64,000 nt of DNA. Origin: an uncultured virus (IMG/VR IMGVR_UViG_3300025015_000025). Lineage: Duplodnaviria > Heunggongvirae > Uroviricota > Caudoviricetes. The stretch lies in the IMG/VR virus record IMGVR_UViG_3300025015_000025, positions 1 through 64,000 of that record; one strand, 5' to 3'. Under the pieces are notes generated by a model that ran no database searches, was not told the origin of the DNA, and saw nothing but the letters and a program-made list of their open reading frames with translations. The translations under genes were made by a program, and so were the position numbers. Shown piece by piece: positions 38,664 through 47,961 of this stretch. The first letter of the stretch is position 1, and the number at the start of each line of letters is the position of its first letter.

Positions 38664-40229
38664 GTGGGGCAGTCATTGCTCAAGAGGATGCTGAGTATCG
38701 CGCATGTGACGCCGAGGCAATGGGCCAGGGCGGCGGATCCGGGTATAAGGGGGATGGACCAGACGTTCGCCCGGTTGGGCCAATTGGCCAACACGCAGGC
38801 GCTGGACCGCGTGGTATCCCTGGAGGCGTACCAGCGCCAGATGTTCCGGCGCTATCTGGACCGGAATTCCCGCTTCGTAGACTTCGATATCATGGATATG
38901 GACTGCGGCGAGATATCTGTCGCCTTGGATACCTATGCGGAGGAGGCCACACAACGGAACTTCGCCACCAAGCGCGTCACCTGGGCCGTCAGTAAAGACC
39001 CCACCATTCAGAAGGAAGCGGACGCGATGATCCAAGCCACCGGTCTGGAGAACTTCGCGTTCGGTATCTGCCGCGCCTTGGCCAAGTATGGCGAAATCCT
39101 GGTCTACCTGCGTAAAAGCAAGGAGAAAGGTGTTTACCGGTTTATTCTCCTGCACCCGTCTCTAGCGGAGCCGGAACTGGAACAGGGCAAGCTCATTGGA
39201 TGGCGGGCTCCGCAATTGGCTGAAATCTTTCCCGTGGGCGTCAACGGCTTGTACCCTGCATCCGATTTCGTTCACTTCCGCATCCCGGATTTCTCTGCAT
39301 CCCAGATCGAAGGCAAGAGCATGCTGGATCCCGCCATCAAGCCTTGGCGAATTCTTGACATGCTGGAAATCACCGTACAGATCTTCCGGTTGAATCGGTC
39401 CATCGACCGCAGGGTGTTCAAAGTGGACGTGGGGTCGGCGGCGACGCTCTACGATCAGATGCGTCTCGTCCAGGAGTACATGAAGTTCGTCAAGGGGCGG
39501 TCCGTCATTGACCCCGCCACGGGGGAATTCAAGATCGCCGTCGATCCCAACAACGTCCTGGAAGACATTTTCTGGCCCACGAAGGAGGGGAACAACTCCA
39601 GCGTGGAGTACATCAAGGCCGAGGGGAATGTTGGGGAAATCCTGGACTTGCAGTACTTCCGGAACAAGCTGCGCGTAGCCACCCGCCTTCCCAAGGGGTT
39701 CTTTGATGAGAACGACTCCTCTGGGTGGGACAAGGGGCGCTATCTCATGTTCCAGGACGTGCGATTTGCCAGGGTCATTGAGCGGTTGCAGTTGGCGTTC
39801 TGCGCAGGCGTTAAGCAAATGGTCTTACGACACGTGACCATGAAGGGGCTATTCCCGAACGGGATACCTAAGTTTGAGATCATGACGGAGGTGGCGTCCC
39901 AGGTCTACGTCAAGCAGGTGCTGGACAACCTTCGGGAATCTGCCGATGCCATTTCCGCCGTTTCGGACTTTGCTGACGTGGCGGGCTGGAACAAGGCGGA
40001 GTGGATTAAGTGGCTGACTTCCGCCTTCATGCAAATCCCATCGGACATTATGCAGAAGTTGGCGTTGGCTCCGGACCAGAACCTGGGGGTGGGCGTGGTA
40101 CAGACGTTACTCTCCGGCATGGAGGGCATTGCCTCCGACAAGCAATTGGCGGAGTTGAGCCGTCGCCTTGAGAAAATCCGGGACCGGCTGGCGGGTAGTA
40201 TCGCACAGGACTTAACGGAGGAAGCATAA
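38664..40229 (+). CDS. portal protein (T4 gp20-like)
   Basis: FVHFR, G.SML, RRVFKVDVG, LEDIFWP, LQYFRNKL...LP, QDVRFAR.I.RLQ. Confidence 0.9.
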   Translation: MGQSLLKRMLSIAHVTPRQWARAADPGIRGMDQTFARLGQLANTQALDRVVSLEAYQRQMFRRYLDRNSRFVDFDIMDMDCGEISVALDTYAEEATQRNFATKRVTWAVSKDPTIQKEADAMIQATGLENFAFGICRALAKYGEILVYLRKSKEKGVYRFILLHPSLAEPELEQGKLIGWRAPQLAEIFPVGVNGLYPASDFVHFRIPDFSASQIEGKSMLDPAIKPWRILDMLEITVQIFRLNRSIDRRVFKVDVGSAATLYDQMRLVQEYMKFVKGRSVIDPATGEFKIAVDPNNVLEDIFWPTKEGNNSSVEYIKAEGNVGEILDLQYFRNKLRVATRLPKGFFDENDSSGWDKGRYLMFQDVRFARVIERLQLAFCAGVKQMVLRHVTMKGLFPNGIPKFEIMTEVASQVYVKQVLDNLRESADAISAVSDFADVAGWNKAEWIKWLTSAFMQIPSDIMQKLALAPDQNLGVGVVQTLLSGMEGIASDKQLAELSRRLEKIRDRLAGSIAQDLTEEA

Positions 40230-40230
40230 G

Positions 40231-40557
40231 TTGCTACGCAAAAATGACTTTTTACAACGGATTCGAGACGTTCTATTCTCCCAAGGAATTGATATTCCCA
40301 ACAAGGAATTGGCCATTATCTTGGCCACGATGTCTACGGTGGCGTCGGATGCGCTGAGACACGGGGAGGAAGTACAGGTGGGGGGGCTGGGCATTTTCTC
40401 CATTCGCATCATCGAGCCCCGGTCTTACTCCTTTGGATTCTCGGGCAACCGCAGATCCAAGGAGTTTGACCGCCGGTCCCGCTTGAAGTTTACGCCCGCT
40501 CCTGCCTTGCAAGAGGCCTGCGCCAACGCCATCAAATGGATCCTCAACGGTCAGTAA
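40231..40557 (+). CDS. HU/IHF-like DNA-binding protein
   Basis: ALRHGEEVQVGGLGIFS...KFTPAPAL. Confidence 0.8.
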   Translation: MLRKNDFLQRIRDVLFSQGIDIPNKELAIILATMSTVASDALRHGEEVQVGGLGIFSIRIIEPRSYSFGFSGNRRSKEFDRRSRLKFTPAPALQEACANAIKWILNGQ

Positions 40558-41390
40558 TTGAGGTCCTGGACCTCTTGGACACGGTGGAGTATCTCACCGA
40601 GGCCAAGTCCTTCACCAAGCACGCAGGATTGCATAAGCCGAGCACCCGTGATCTTGTGGGGAAATATGTCGCGTCCATATCCCCCGAGTACCTCCAGCGC
40701 GTCAAGCGCCAAGACGCCAAGCGCGCCTTGGAAGACTACAAGGTCGTGGAAGCGGACTTTACGGAAACCCTCGGGAGACTGTTGCGCAAATTCCGCTATG
40801 GGGATGAAACCCGCGCCAAGTTCCAACGGGACGCTAAAGGCTTGTTCCGGGAGATGTACCGGCGGGCCTTTTCCTTGGGGTTGCAGGCCGGAGGCGTCCG
40901 GGGCTACGTGGCCAGCATGAAAAAGGATGAGCCTCCGCCGCTAACGGCCAAGGATCGGGAGTGGTTGGAGCGAACGCTGACGGACGAGTCCAAGTACTTC
41001 AACAAATTCGTGGATGACGTGGCGGCCGAGCGCGTGGGTCGTGGAAGTAAGATGAACATGGCCGACCGGACCAAGCTTTACGGGAACTCCCTACGCATGG
41101 CCTTCGAGTCTGGCAGAGTCATGGCCACACCTGGTAATGCCTTGATCTACTGGATCATGAATCCAAAAGCTGAGCATTGCCAGACCTGCCAATGGCTTCT
41201 AAAAATGTCTCCCTTCTCCAAGCAGAATATACCAACCTTGCCAAAGGAAGCTCGGACCGCCTGCGTAATTGGTTGTAAGTGCCGATTGCTCGTGCGGTTC
41301 GTTTCCGATGAAAAATTCAAAGCCTTTTCAGAGAAAGCGCCCACACGCGCGCAACTCCTGGCAGGCATGAAGGCTCACGGCGGTAAGTAA
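40536..41390 (+). CDS. MuF/gp7-like minor head protein
   Basis: Follows the portal; YW...AEHCQTC...LP...C..GCKC motif. Confidence 0.6.
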   Translation: MDPQRSVIEVLDLLDTVEYLTEAKSFTKHAGLHKPSTRDLVGKYVASISPEYLQRVKRQDAKRALEDYKVVEADFTETLGRLLRKFRYGDETRAKFQRDAKGLFREMYRRAFSLGLQAGGVRGYVASMKKDEPPPLTAKDREWLERTLTDESKYFNKFVDDVAAERVGRGSKMNMADRTKLYGNSLRMAFESGRVMATPGNALIYWIMNPKAEHCQTCQWLLKMSPFSKQNIPTLPKEARTACVIGCKCRLLVRFVSDEKFKAFSEKAPTRAQLLAGMKAHGGK

Positions 41391-41418
41391 GATGGTCTCT
41401 CCAGGCTGTCAGAATAGC

Positions 41419-41634
41419 ATGCCAAGTCTTGTCGAAGAACTGTTGAAGGAAGAGACGCCCGTTCAGGAGTCCTCGGCTGTAGCCGCCTTACAGGCGATTG
41501 AGAAGGCCGCCGTAGCTATGATTGCGGGTCGGCAACAGAAGTTTCATGCTCTCGGTAAGAGCATCGAGTTGACCGGAGATGCCTTGGATCTGGCGCAGAT
41601 CCGGGACATGGCCCGCGCGGGGTTAAAGTCCTAA
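41419..41634 (+). CDS. hypothetical protein
   Basis: ATG just after a TGTCAGA motif. Confidence 0.5.
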   Translation: MPSLVEELLKEETPVQESSAVAALQAIEKAAVAMIAGRQQKFHALGKSIELTGDALDLAQIRDMARAGLKS

Positions 41635-41740
41635 TGACTTCCCTGTTGGAGATGCTCTACTCCCGTTCCGTGGATTGGCGGGGGGATACCGCCCGTCGCG
41701 TTAAGGATGAACTGAAGGCCATGCTGAGTTCCGGGGATAT

Positions 41741-42316
41741 ATGACACTTTCCGAGGAGTTGGTCATCCAAAGGAACCCAAGCGGACGCCGGAAGCGCCGG
41801 TTTGATCTGTTTGAGGACGGGTTTGTGTCCTCGGCCAGCATTGGAGAGACTCCCGCCTTCGTCACCGTGTACAATCCGGATTCCGTGGATGGTCGAATCC
41901 TGATTTCCGCCTTTGGAGCGCACAACGACGGGGCATTCAAGGGCACTTGGGGCAAGAATAAGTACATTCTCCGCCGGAAAGGCAAGACTTTGGAGCTTTG
42001 GCCGGACTCGGATATGCCTAAGGCGACCATGCAGGAGGGCTCTGAGCGCCTCCAGGACCTCATTGCCCTGTATGAGGGTCTGGAAGCCACGGCGGAGGAG
42101 GAATTGCGCGCTATAGCTGCTCAGGGCGCTGACAGGGGTCGTTCTACGGCCCCCAGGATCAAGGAGTTCTTGGAATCCATCCACGGAGCACTATCCCAAA
42201 TGCGGGACATGCTTGAGGCAGCACACGCGATTCCATTTATGGAGGCGCAGTACTTGGAATTCGTCGGTCGCTTGGCGGACTTGGACCGAACACTGGAGGG
42301 GTTGCTAACGCGATGA
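41741..42316 (+). CDS. hypothetical protein
   Basis: Operon context. Confidence 0.55.
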   Translation: MTLSEELVIQRNPSGRRKRRFDLFEDGFVSSASIGETPAFVTVYNPDSVDGRILISAFGAHNDGAFKGTWGKNKYILRRKGKTLELWPDSDMPKATMQEGSERLQDLIALYEGLEATAEEELRAIAAQGADRGRSTAPRIKEFLESIHGALSQMRDMLEAAHAIPFMEAQYLEFVGRLADLDRTLEGLLTR

Positions 42317-42657
42317 CCGTACTATCGGCGGATTTGTCCATTTCCCGCTCGGATACGTTGGGAACAACGCTGCTTGGGGAATTTGCCCCAAATCAGACCT
42401 GTACCATCGTCCATGACGGGCAGATTGAACTTCTATCCGGGGTGGTGTTTTCCTTGCCGTTGTCTGGCATGGCTACCATCAAGGCGCTATTGATCTCCGT
42501 GTCCGGTGGGTATGTGAACGTCACCTTGGACAATGATGGGGATACTATCGTGTTCCCGTGCGATGACTTCCTGCTGTTGGTTGGGGTGGAATTCACGGCA
42601 GTTTCCGTCCAAGCGGTCGGGGCATGCTCCGTAGACTACGCTCTGGGAGGTATCTGA
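42313..42657 (+). CDS. small beta-rich virion protein candidate
   Basis: Alternating hydrophobic pattern; late-region context. Confidence 0.5.
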   Translation: MTVLSADLSISRSDTLGTTLLGEFAPNQTCTIVHDGQIELLSGVVFSLPLSGMATIKALLISVSGGYVNVTLDNDGDTIVFPCDDFLLLVGVEFTAVSVQAVGACSVDYALGGI

Positions 42658-43149
42658 TGTTCAAGGCTCTTTGGAAGAGGCTATTTCATCGCTCCGACAT
42701 CCAATCGGTGCTCGTGGAGGCCGAGGGAGTGAAAAACCGGGAGTATAAGGTTGGCGAAATTGCCGTGGGGGAGATATACTACCCCGTCCGGTTCCTCCGT
42801 CCCAATGGAGACGACTTGCTCATGTTGTTCTTGCGTAGTGACCTGTGGAAGGCGCGTGCAAGGGCGTTGAAGCAGGTTGGGCAAGAAGGCGAAACAGCGA
42901 TCAAGGACATTTTTGAGGATGTAGGGTGATGGATGCATTCGTGCAGAAGTTTGCTTGCCCGTTTTACACGGAGGAATTATGCATCTTGGACCATGACGTG
43001 TGCCCATTCGCGCAGATCCCCGATGGATTCCGGGATTGCGGGAAGTGGCTGCGCCTCGCGGGCGTTGTAAGCTCTGACGGGAGTAACCTGCGGGAGTTTG
43101 ACGGAGTTTTGGAAAGCATTCCTGCGGTCGTGGACCGACTGCTTCAGTA

Positions 43150-43626
43150 ATGCTCGGGGGAATCGCTCGTCGGGCGGCTAATCGCATTCTGTTGGAATTG
43201 GGGAGATCGGATACATCCCCCCATCGGGATCGTTTGGGTCCGTACGCATTTCAGTTGGAACTTCAAGCCTTGGGGAGAGATATTTTCCAAGAACCCAACA
43301 TTTCGTGGCAGGATTGGTCGCCGATTCATACCTTAGGAAATCTCCTGATACGGAAATATTTCGCACAGTTCCGCCGCGTGGATCACTCCGAATCCGACGC
43401 GGCTGCGTCCAATCTGGTGACGTTGACGTACTTCATTCCGTACGATCACCGGTACTATATCGACGCGCGCGTGGTCATCATGCATGACTTCGATCCCGTG
43501 TACTCCGCCATCCTGATTGCCGACGTGCGGCGGTACACAGAGCATCGTGAAGCCCTTGACAAACGGAATTTCACATGGTATTTAAAGGCGGCAATCCAGA
43601 AAAGGAGGGTTTATGAAACTGCGTAG
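43150..43626 (+). CDS. hypothetical protein
   Basis: TAATG coupling. Confidence 0.5.
   Translation: MLGGIARRAANRILLELGRSDTSPHRDRLGPYAFQLELQALGRDIFQEPNISWQDWSPIHTLGNLLIRKYFAQFRRVDHSESDAAASNLVTLTYFIPYDHRYYIDARVVIMHDFDPVYSAILIADVRRYTEHREALDKRNFTWYLKAAIQKRRVYETA
43556..43584 (+). promoter_or_regulatory. probable sigma70 promoter
   Basis: TTGACA-17-TATTTA with TG extension; shares the TTGACAAA signature. Confidence 0.6.
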
Positions 43627-43912
43627 TGTGTTGGTGTTTTCGTTGGTCGTTCTGTTCGCCGGGACCTTGGCCTTCGGATGGCTCTGGTCAAAGAAAGATG
43701 CTGAGCCGCTTCCCGTCCCATTCACGAAGTGCTCCATGCAGTGGGACTCGGGCGCATCCGGCCTGATTCAAGCGGAGTTCAAGTCACCGGGGACCGCCAT
43801 TCCACCCAAAGAAATCTTCATGCTGACGGATGGCGTGGGGTGGAAGTTTAAGAGGGTCTCCCCTGCGGGATCCATGGAAGTATGGTACACCGTCGAAGCC
43901 GTTAAACCTTGA
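43613..43912 (+). CDS. membrane-anchored or secreted protein
   Basis: RBS AAGGAGG; N-terminal hydrophobic helix. Confidence 0.65.
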   Translation: MKLRSVLVFSLVVLFAGTLAFGWLWSKKDAEPLPVPFTKCSMQWDSGASGLIQAEFKSPGTAIPPKEIFMLTDGVGWKFKRVSPAGSMEVWYTVEAVKP

Positions 43913-43923
43913 AGGAGGTTATC

Positions 43924-44313
43924 ATGAAAAAGTTTGCTCTTATCTTCATTCTACTCATGCTCCCGCTCGTGTCATGTGACAATTGGTTCACCAGCGAAAC
44001 CCCGATCGAGCCGGACAAAACCGTGTACGCTTACGAAGGCACATTCCTCTCCGACAGCCAGAAGGATCTTACGGGCTACCGTTGGGAATTTGAATTTCTG
44101 GGAGCGTGCAACGACCTGGACAAGGACAAGTTGCCCTCCGATCAGGTCATGCGGATTTCCATGGACTGTCTGCCGACGGTGCCGCATACGGTCCGCCTGT
44201 ACACGGCCATTTATAATCCTAATGAGCCTGGGGCCTATGCCACGTTCTCCAACATCTCCTGGCAAGCTAGTCCTGACGGAACTTTGTACAAATTCACTTT
44301 CCACGTAAAGTAG
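43924..44313 (+). CDS. lipoprotein
   Basis: MKKFALIFILLMLPLVS-C lipobox; RBS AAGGAGGT. Confidence 0.7.
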   Translation: MKKFALIFILLMLPLVSCDNWFTSETPIEPDKTVYAYEGTFLSDSQKDLTGYRWEFEFLGACNDLDKDKLPSDQVMRISMDCLPTVPHTVRLYTAIYNPNEPGAYATFSNISWQASPDGTLYKFTFHVK

Positions 44314-44336
44314 GGTTCTTTACAGCATGCATACCT

Positions 44337-44362
44337 AAGACCGGGGTTTCCCCGGTCTTTTT
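44337..44362 (+). terminator. intrinsic terminator
   Basis: AAGACCGGGG-TTT-CCCCGGTCTT-TTT. Confidence 0.85.
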
Positions 44363-44427
44363 GTGTTCTGCGCTTGGAACAAAACGGCTTCCTGTCAGAG
44401 TAGTATGACCGCGCGCAAGGAATTTTT

Positions 44428-45006
44428 ATGCCATTGAGTGGTTGGAATTACGCCCCCCGAGTGATAGCATCCGGCCCCTGGCTGGACATCCGCCGGTACG
44501 CCGGTGCCACCTACAAGGACAAGCTGCTTGCTGCCGTCGCGTTCGCCGCAGGGGAGGGGGGTGGGTATACTATCTTCTGCCCCGCTGGAACGTATGCGTT
44601 TACGGGCGTGGAGACGTTAACCTTGGCCTCCGTGTCCAATCTCCGTATCCTGGGGGAATCCGGGACGGTGTTCTCGTTCGCGGGGGGGGTGCTGGCCGAT
44701 ATAACAACCGGGACAGAGATTACGTTTGAGGGTCTGGCCTTCTCAGGTGCCGTGACTCTCAATCTCACCCTGTCCGAATCCATCCGCGTCCAGGATTGCC
44801 AGTTTGCAGGAGGGCTGAATCTTAATGGAGTTTCCTCTTCCGGGACCGTGCTTGCAATCGTCACCCGTTGCCGTTCCTTGGGGACCGTGCATATTCTGCC
44901 TGCCTCGGAGGGGAAAATAATTGTTTCCGAGTGCTTCCTGTACGATGGCGGAACAATCCTGGATGAAGGTCAAGATACCCTACAATTTAGTAACATTGAA
45001 TTTTAA
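44428..45006 (+). CDS. short beta-helix (pectin-lyase-like) protein
   Basis: DIRRYAG...AAVAF...GG.TIFCPAGTY followed by beta-helix-like repeats. Confidence 0.6.
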   Translation: MPLSGWNYAPRVIASGPWLDIRRYAGATYKDKLLAAVAFAAGEGGGYTIFCPAGTYAFTGVETLTLASVSNLRILGESGTVFSFAGGVLADITTGTEITFEGLAFSGAVTLNLTLSESIRVQDCQFAGGLNLNGVSSSGTVLAIVTRCRSLGTVHILPASEGKIIVSECFLYDGGTILDEGQDTLQFSNIEF

Positions 45007-45015
45007 GGAGAGGTT

Positions 45016-47364
45016 ATGAAAAACGCGCTGCTACGCTTGATTCTTCTCATTGCCCTACCGTGCCTTGCGCAAATCCCTGTCGTGGATGAGACGGGAGCGA
45101 ATCATCGGATGCATAAGCAGGGCAATCTTTATCAACTTCAACCTGATGCCTCTCTATCTACACGGGCGTCAATGACTTTGAAGAAAGCAACGGGGCAAGT
45201 ACAGAATATTTTTGATATCCTGGATACCGATGCTGCCCCCATGTGTGAAGTGGATTCTACAGGGGATTGGGATTTTCATGGTCATGCTTTAACTAATGCT
45301 GATATTTCTGGGGTAGAAACTGACACGCTGGCGACTGTGTTGGGACGCGGCCGGACTACAACGCTCGTTCCGAAATTCCATGCCGGCGTGGAAATCGGAT
45401 ACGACAATTACCCGGCGTCGTGCCTGTCTATCCCTGCCCCGTTGACGTTCATTTCTTCAGACGATAGTGGGGCGGCGTGCTATCGGACTACGTTTTCCGC
45501 TGGAAGCCAAACACAGAATATCGCCTATACGCTCCCACCGGATGACGGTGATGCTGGTGAATTCATGCAGACGAATGGAAGCGGGGCATTGTCCTGGCAG
45601 ACTGCCGTGACCGCAGAGGTTGATCCTAAAGTAGGAACATTAACAAATACGAAATGGTGTGTAACTGATGGTAGTGTAGTTAATTGTGCTACCGATGCTC
45701 CTGTGACTGCCGAGGCCGACCCCATCGCAACGCATAGGGATGTGGATGAGATGATCACAGGGACATGGATGTATCAGACCTCGCCTGAGCCGTCTGCATC
45801 GTACTACTCAGTAGTGCCGCCTGGCTTATGGCGTTTAACGCATAGCGGCCACACGCATGATATAGCGTGGCCTACGGCTACTGGAACCCTGGCCCTTATA
45901 TCCGACATTCAAGCTGAGGTAGATCCACGCCTGCCTATCCCTGTTGATCCAACTGATGATGGCAAGGTTCTAACGGCCGCACGCGGCGACGCGGAATGGT
46001 CGGCGCTCCCCGCTGAGGTAGACCCGCGCCTGCCGACGCCCGCGAACCCTGGGGACGATGGCAAGGTGCTGACGGCGAGCGCGGGGGCATGGGCGGCAAC
46101 GGCACTGCCTGCGGATGGTGACGCGGTCACGGGCAACGAGGTAACGAACGCCACGAACGCCACCCTGACGCGCTTGGGCGCTGGCACTTCCGGCGACCCG
46201 TATACGCTGGGGCTCAACCTGGCGAACGCGAACACATGGACGGCGGCGCAGAACTTTAGCAAAATCGGCCTCGGAAGCCAAGTGGCAGGCCCGCATGCCA
46301 ACACGCTCTTCATGATCGGGGAGGGGCTTGGACAGGATGATTTGACGCTGGGCGGTGCGAACACAACTGGCTACGGAATATGGACGGCACCGCGAATTGT
46401 TGCCGCAAGCGCCCTCACGGAAATGTACGGCACGCGCCTCGGGGTTGATGCCGATGACGACGGATCGGCGCGGACAATCACTGCGCTCGCAACGCTGGCG
46501 CTATTGGCCCCGACCAAGAGCGCTGGCATCACCGCCACGACGGCATACTCCCTGTATGTCAACGCCCCGACCTCCGGCGTCGCGAACTATGGCATTTACA
46601 ACAGAGGGAAATTCCATTCAGAAGACGATGCCACATTCAACGGAAACATCACCGGCGACGCCAGCACAGTCATTTCATTGGGTACAAACCCGGCCGCGGC
46701 TACGGGCCTAATTCGCATGCCGAACGGGGCATCCATCGCAGTCCGAAACGCTCTAAATACAAACGATTTTATTTTGATACAGGGCACCGCCGCGAACAAG
46801 GTGGCAATAGACCCGACTGGATTCGGGGCCACTTGCGGGTCATCGCTCTCTATTGGCAGTCAGTTCTACGCTGGTACGGGAGTGCATGCCTACGGGACCG
46901 CCTACGGTGCAGCCAATTCCGTCAATTTCGGATACAATCAGAACACTGCCACGCCCGCGCTGTGGTTCGCGGAAGGGTCTGTTGCCGACGGCTTCGAGGC
47001 CGAAATGGTGCAAACGAATCCGACCGCCGACCGGTTCCAGGTCATGCCAGACGAAAGCGGCGTGGTGCAACTCAACGGCACCGCCGCGTTGACCGTTGAC
47101 GATGTAACGCCAGATGTTCGCGGGGCGCGAATCTGGACCAGCGTTGCGAACGGCGGGGCCACGGCCATCACCGACCTCGACAACCCCACCGTTGGTCAGA
47201 TCTACATCCTGATTGTCGGGAGCGCGACGAACCCGATCAGCATCGCGGACGCGGGGAACTTCGCGCTCTCCGCCGCGTGGGCACCCGACAGCGTAGGGGA
47301 CAATATCGTCCTCTATGTCGCAGCCGATAATTCCTACTACGAAATCAGCCGGAGTAATAACTGA
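45016..47364 (+). CDS. fibre-like protein with signal-peptide-like N-terminus
   Basis: G/A/T-rich; YTLP..DG..G..MQTNGSG.LSW fibre motif; E.DP repeats; N-terminus MKNALLRLILLIALPCLA. Confidence 0.7.
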   Translation: MKNALLRLILLIALPCLAQIPVVDETGANHRMHKQGNLYQLQPDASLSTRASMTLKKATGQVQNIFDILDTDAAPMCEVDSTGDWDFHGHALTNADISGVETDTLATVLGRGRTTTLVPKFHAGVEIGYDNYPASCLSIPAPLTFISSDDSGAACYRTTFSAGSQTQNIAYTLPPDDGDAGEFMQTNGSGALSWQTAVTAEVDPKVGTLTNTKWCVTDGSVVNCATDAPVTAEADPIATHRDVDEMITGTWMYQTSPEPSASYYSVVPPGLWRLTHSGHTHDIAWPTATGTLALISDIQAEVDPRLPIPVDPTDDGKVLTAARGDAEWSALPAEVDPRLPTPANPGDDGKVLTASAGAWAATALPADGDAVTGNEVTNATNATLTRLGAGTSGDPYTLGLNLANANTWTAAQNFSKIGLGSQVAGPHANTLFMIGEGLGQDDLTLGGANTTGYGIWTAPRIVAASALTEMYGTRLGVDADDDGSARTITALATLALLAPTKSAGITATTAYSLYVNAPTSGVANYGIYNRGKFHSEDDATFNGNITGDASTVISLGTNPAAATGLIRMPNGASIAVRNALNTNDFILIQGTAANKVAIDPTGFGATCGSSLSIGSQFYAGTGVHAYGTAYGAANSVNFGYNQNTATPALWFAEGSVADGFEAEMVQTNPTADRFQVMPDESGVVQLNGTAALTVDDVTPDVRGARIWTSVANGGATAITDLDNPTVGQIYILIVGSATNPISIADAGNFALSAAWAPDSVGDNIVLYVAADNSYYEISRSNN
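45913..46110 (+). repeat. two 99-bp (33-aa) tandem repeats in the fibre gene
   Basis: AEVDPRLP.P..P.DDGKVLTA......ALP at 45913 and 46012. Confidence 0.85.
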
Positions 47365-47729
47365 TGCCCCGCATCTTCCTCGCCGCGCTGCTGTGCATGG
47401 TCCTGCTATCGTGTGCGACGGCCCCGAAGACCGTTGTCCTTCGGGCGGTGCCCTACCCGCCGCAAGTGCAATATTCAATCTGGATTCACCCCGAGAACCA
47501 TCCCGGATGGTGGACCGGCGCATCGGCCAAAATTGAGTATTGGAACGCCGGGAAATGGGTCGCCGATTACTGGATTAGTCCGCTGCCGGGCCCGGTCCAC
47601 GCGACGGCGTTCGCCATGTACAACGCCCCCGGCGATAGGTCACATGTCAACGTCTACACGCGGTCCGGTGCCATCCTGCTGTCCACTGACTTCACCTGGA
47701 CGCAACGCGATGCCACTATGCAGAGATAA
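47364..47729 (+). CDS. putative lipoprotein
   Basis: MPRIFLAALLCMVLLS-C lipobox. Confidence 0.6.
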   Translation: MPRIFLAALLCMVLLSCATAPKTVVLRAVPYPPQVQYSIWIHPENHPGWWTGASAKIEYWNAGKWVADYWISPLPGPVHATAFAMYNAPGDRSHVNVYTRSGAILLSTDFTWTQRDATMQR

Positions 47730-47961
47730 CTGTACATGGGTAACCGCGTTGGATAAGTGCGTGTGCCCGCAATGAGCAAACTACTCCCCAAGAGATTGCA
47801 ACACCTGTACGACATCGTTCAGATGTAGCAACGGGCATACATTTTCGCAATTAAGCGCGGCGCACTCTTATTTCTGGAGGGATGAGAAGTTACCGACCGT
47901 GTTTTGTTTTTTCAAGCGGTCCTGTCAGACTATTGAGCGAACCAGCGCAAAGGAGGAATTT

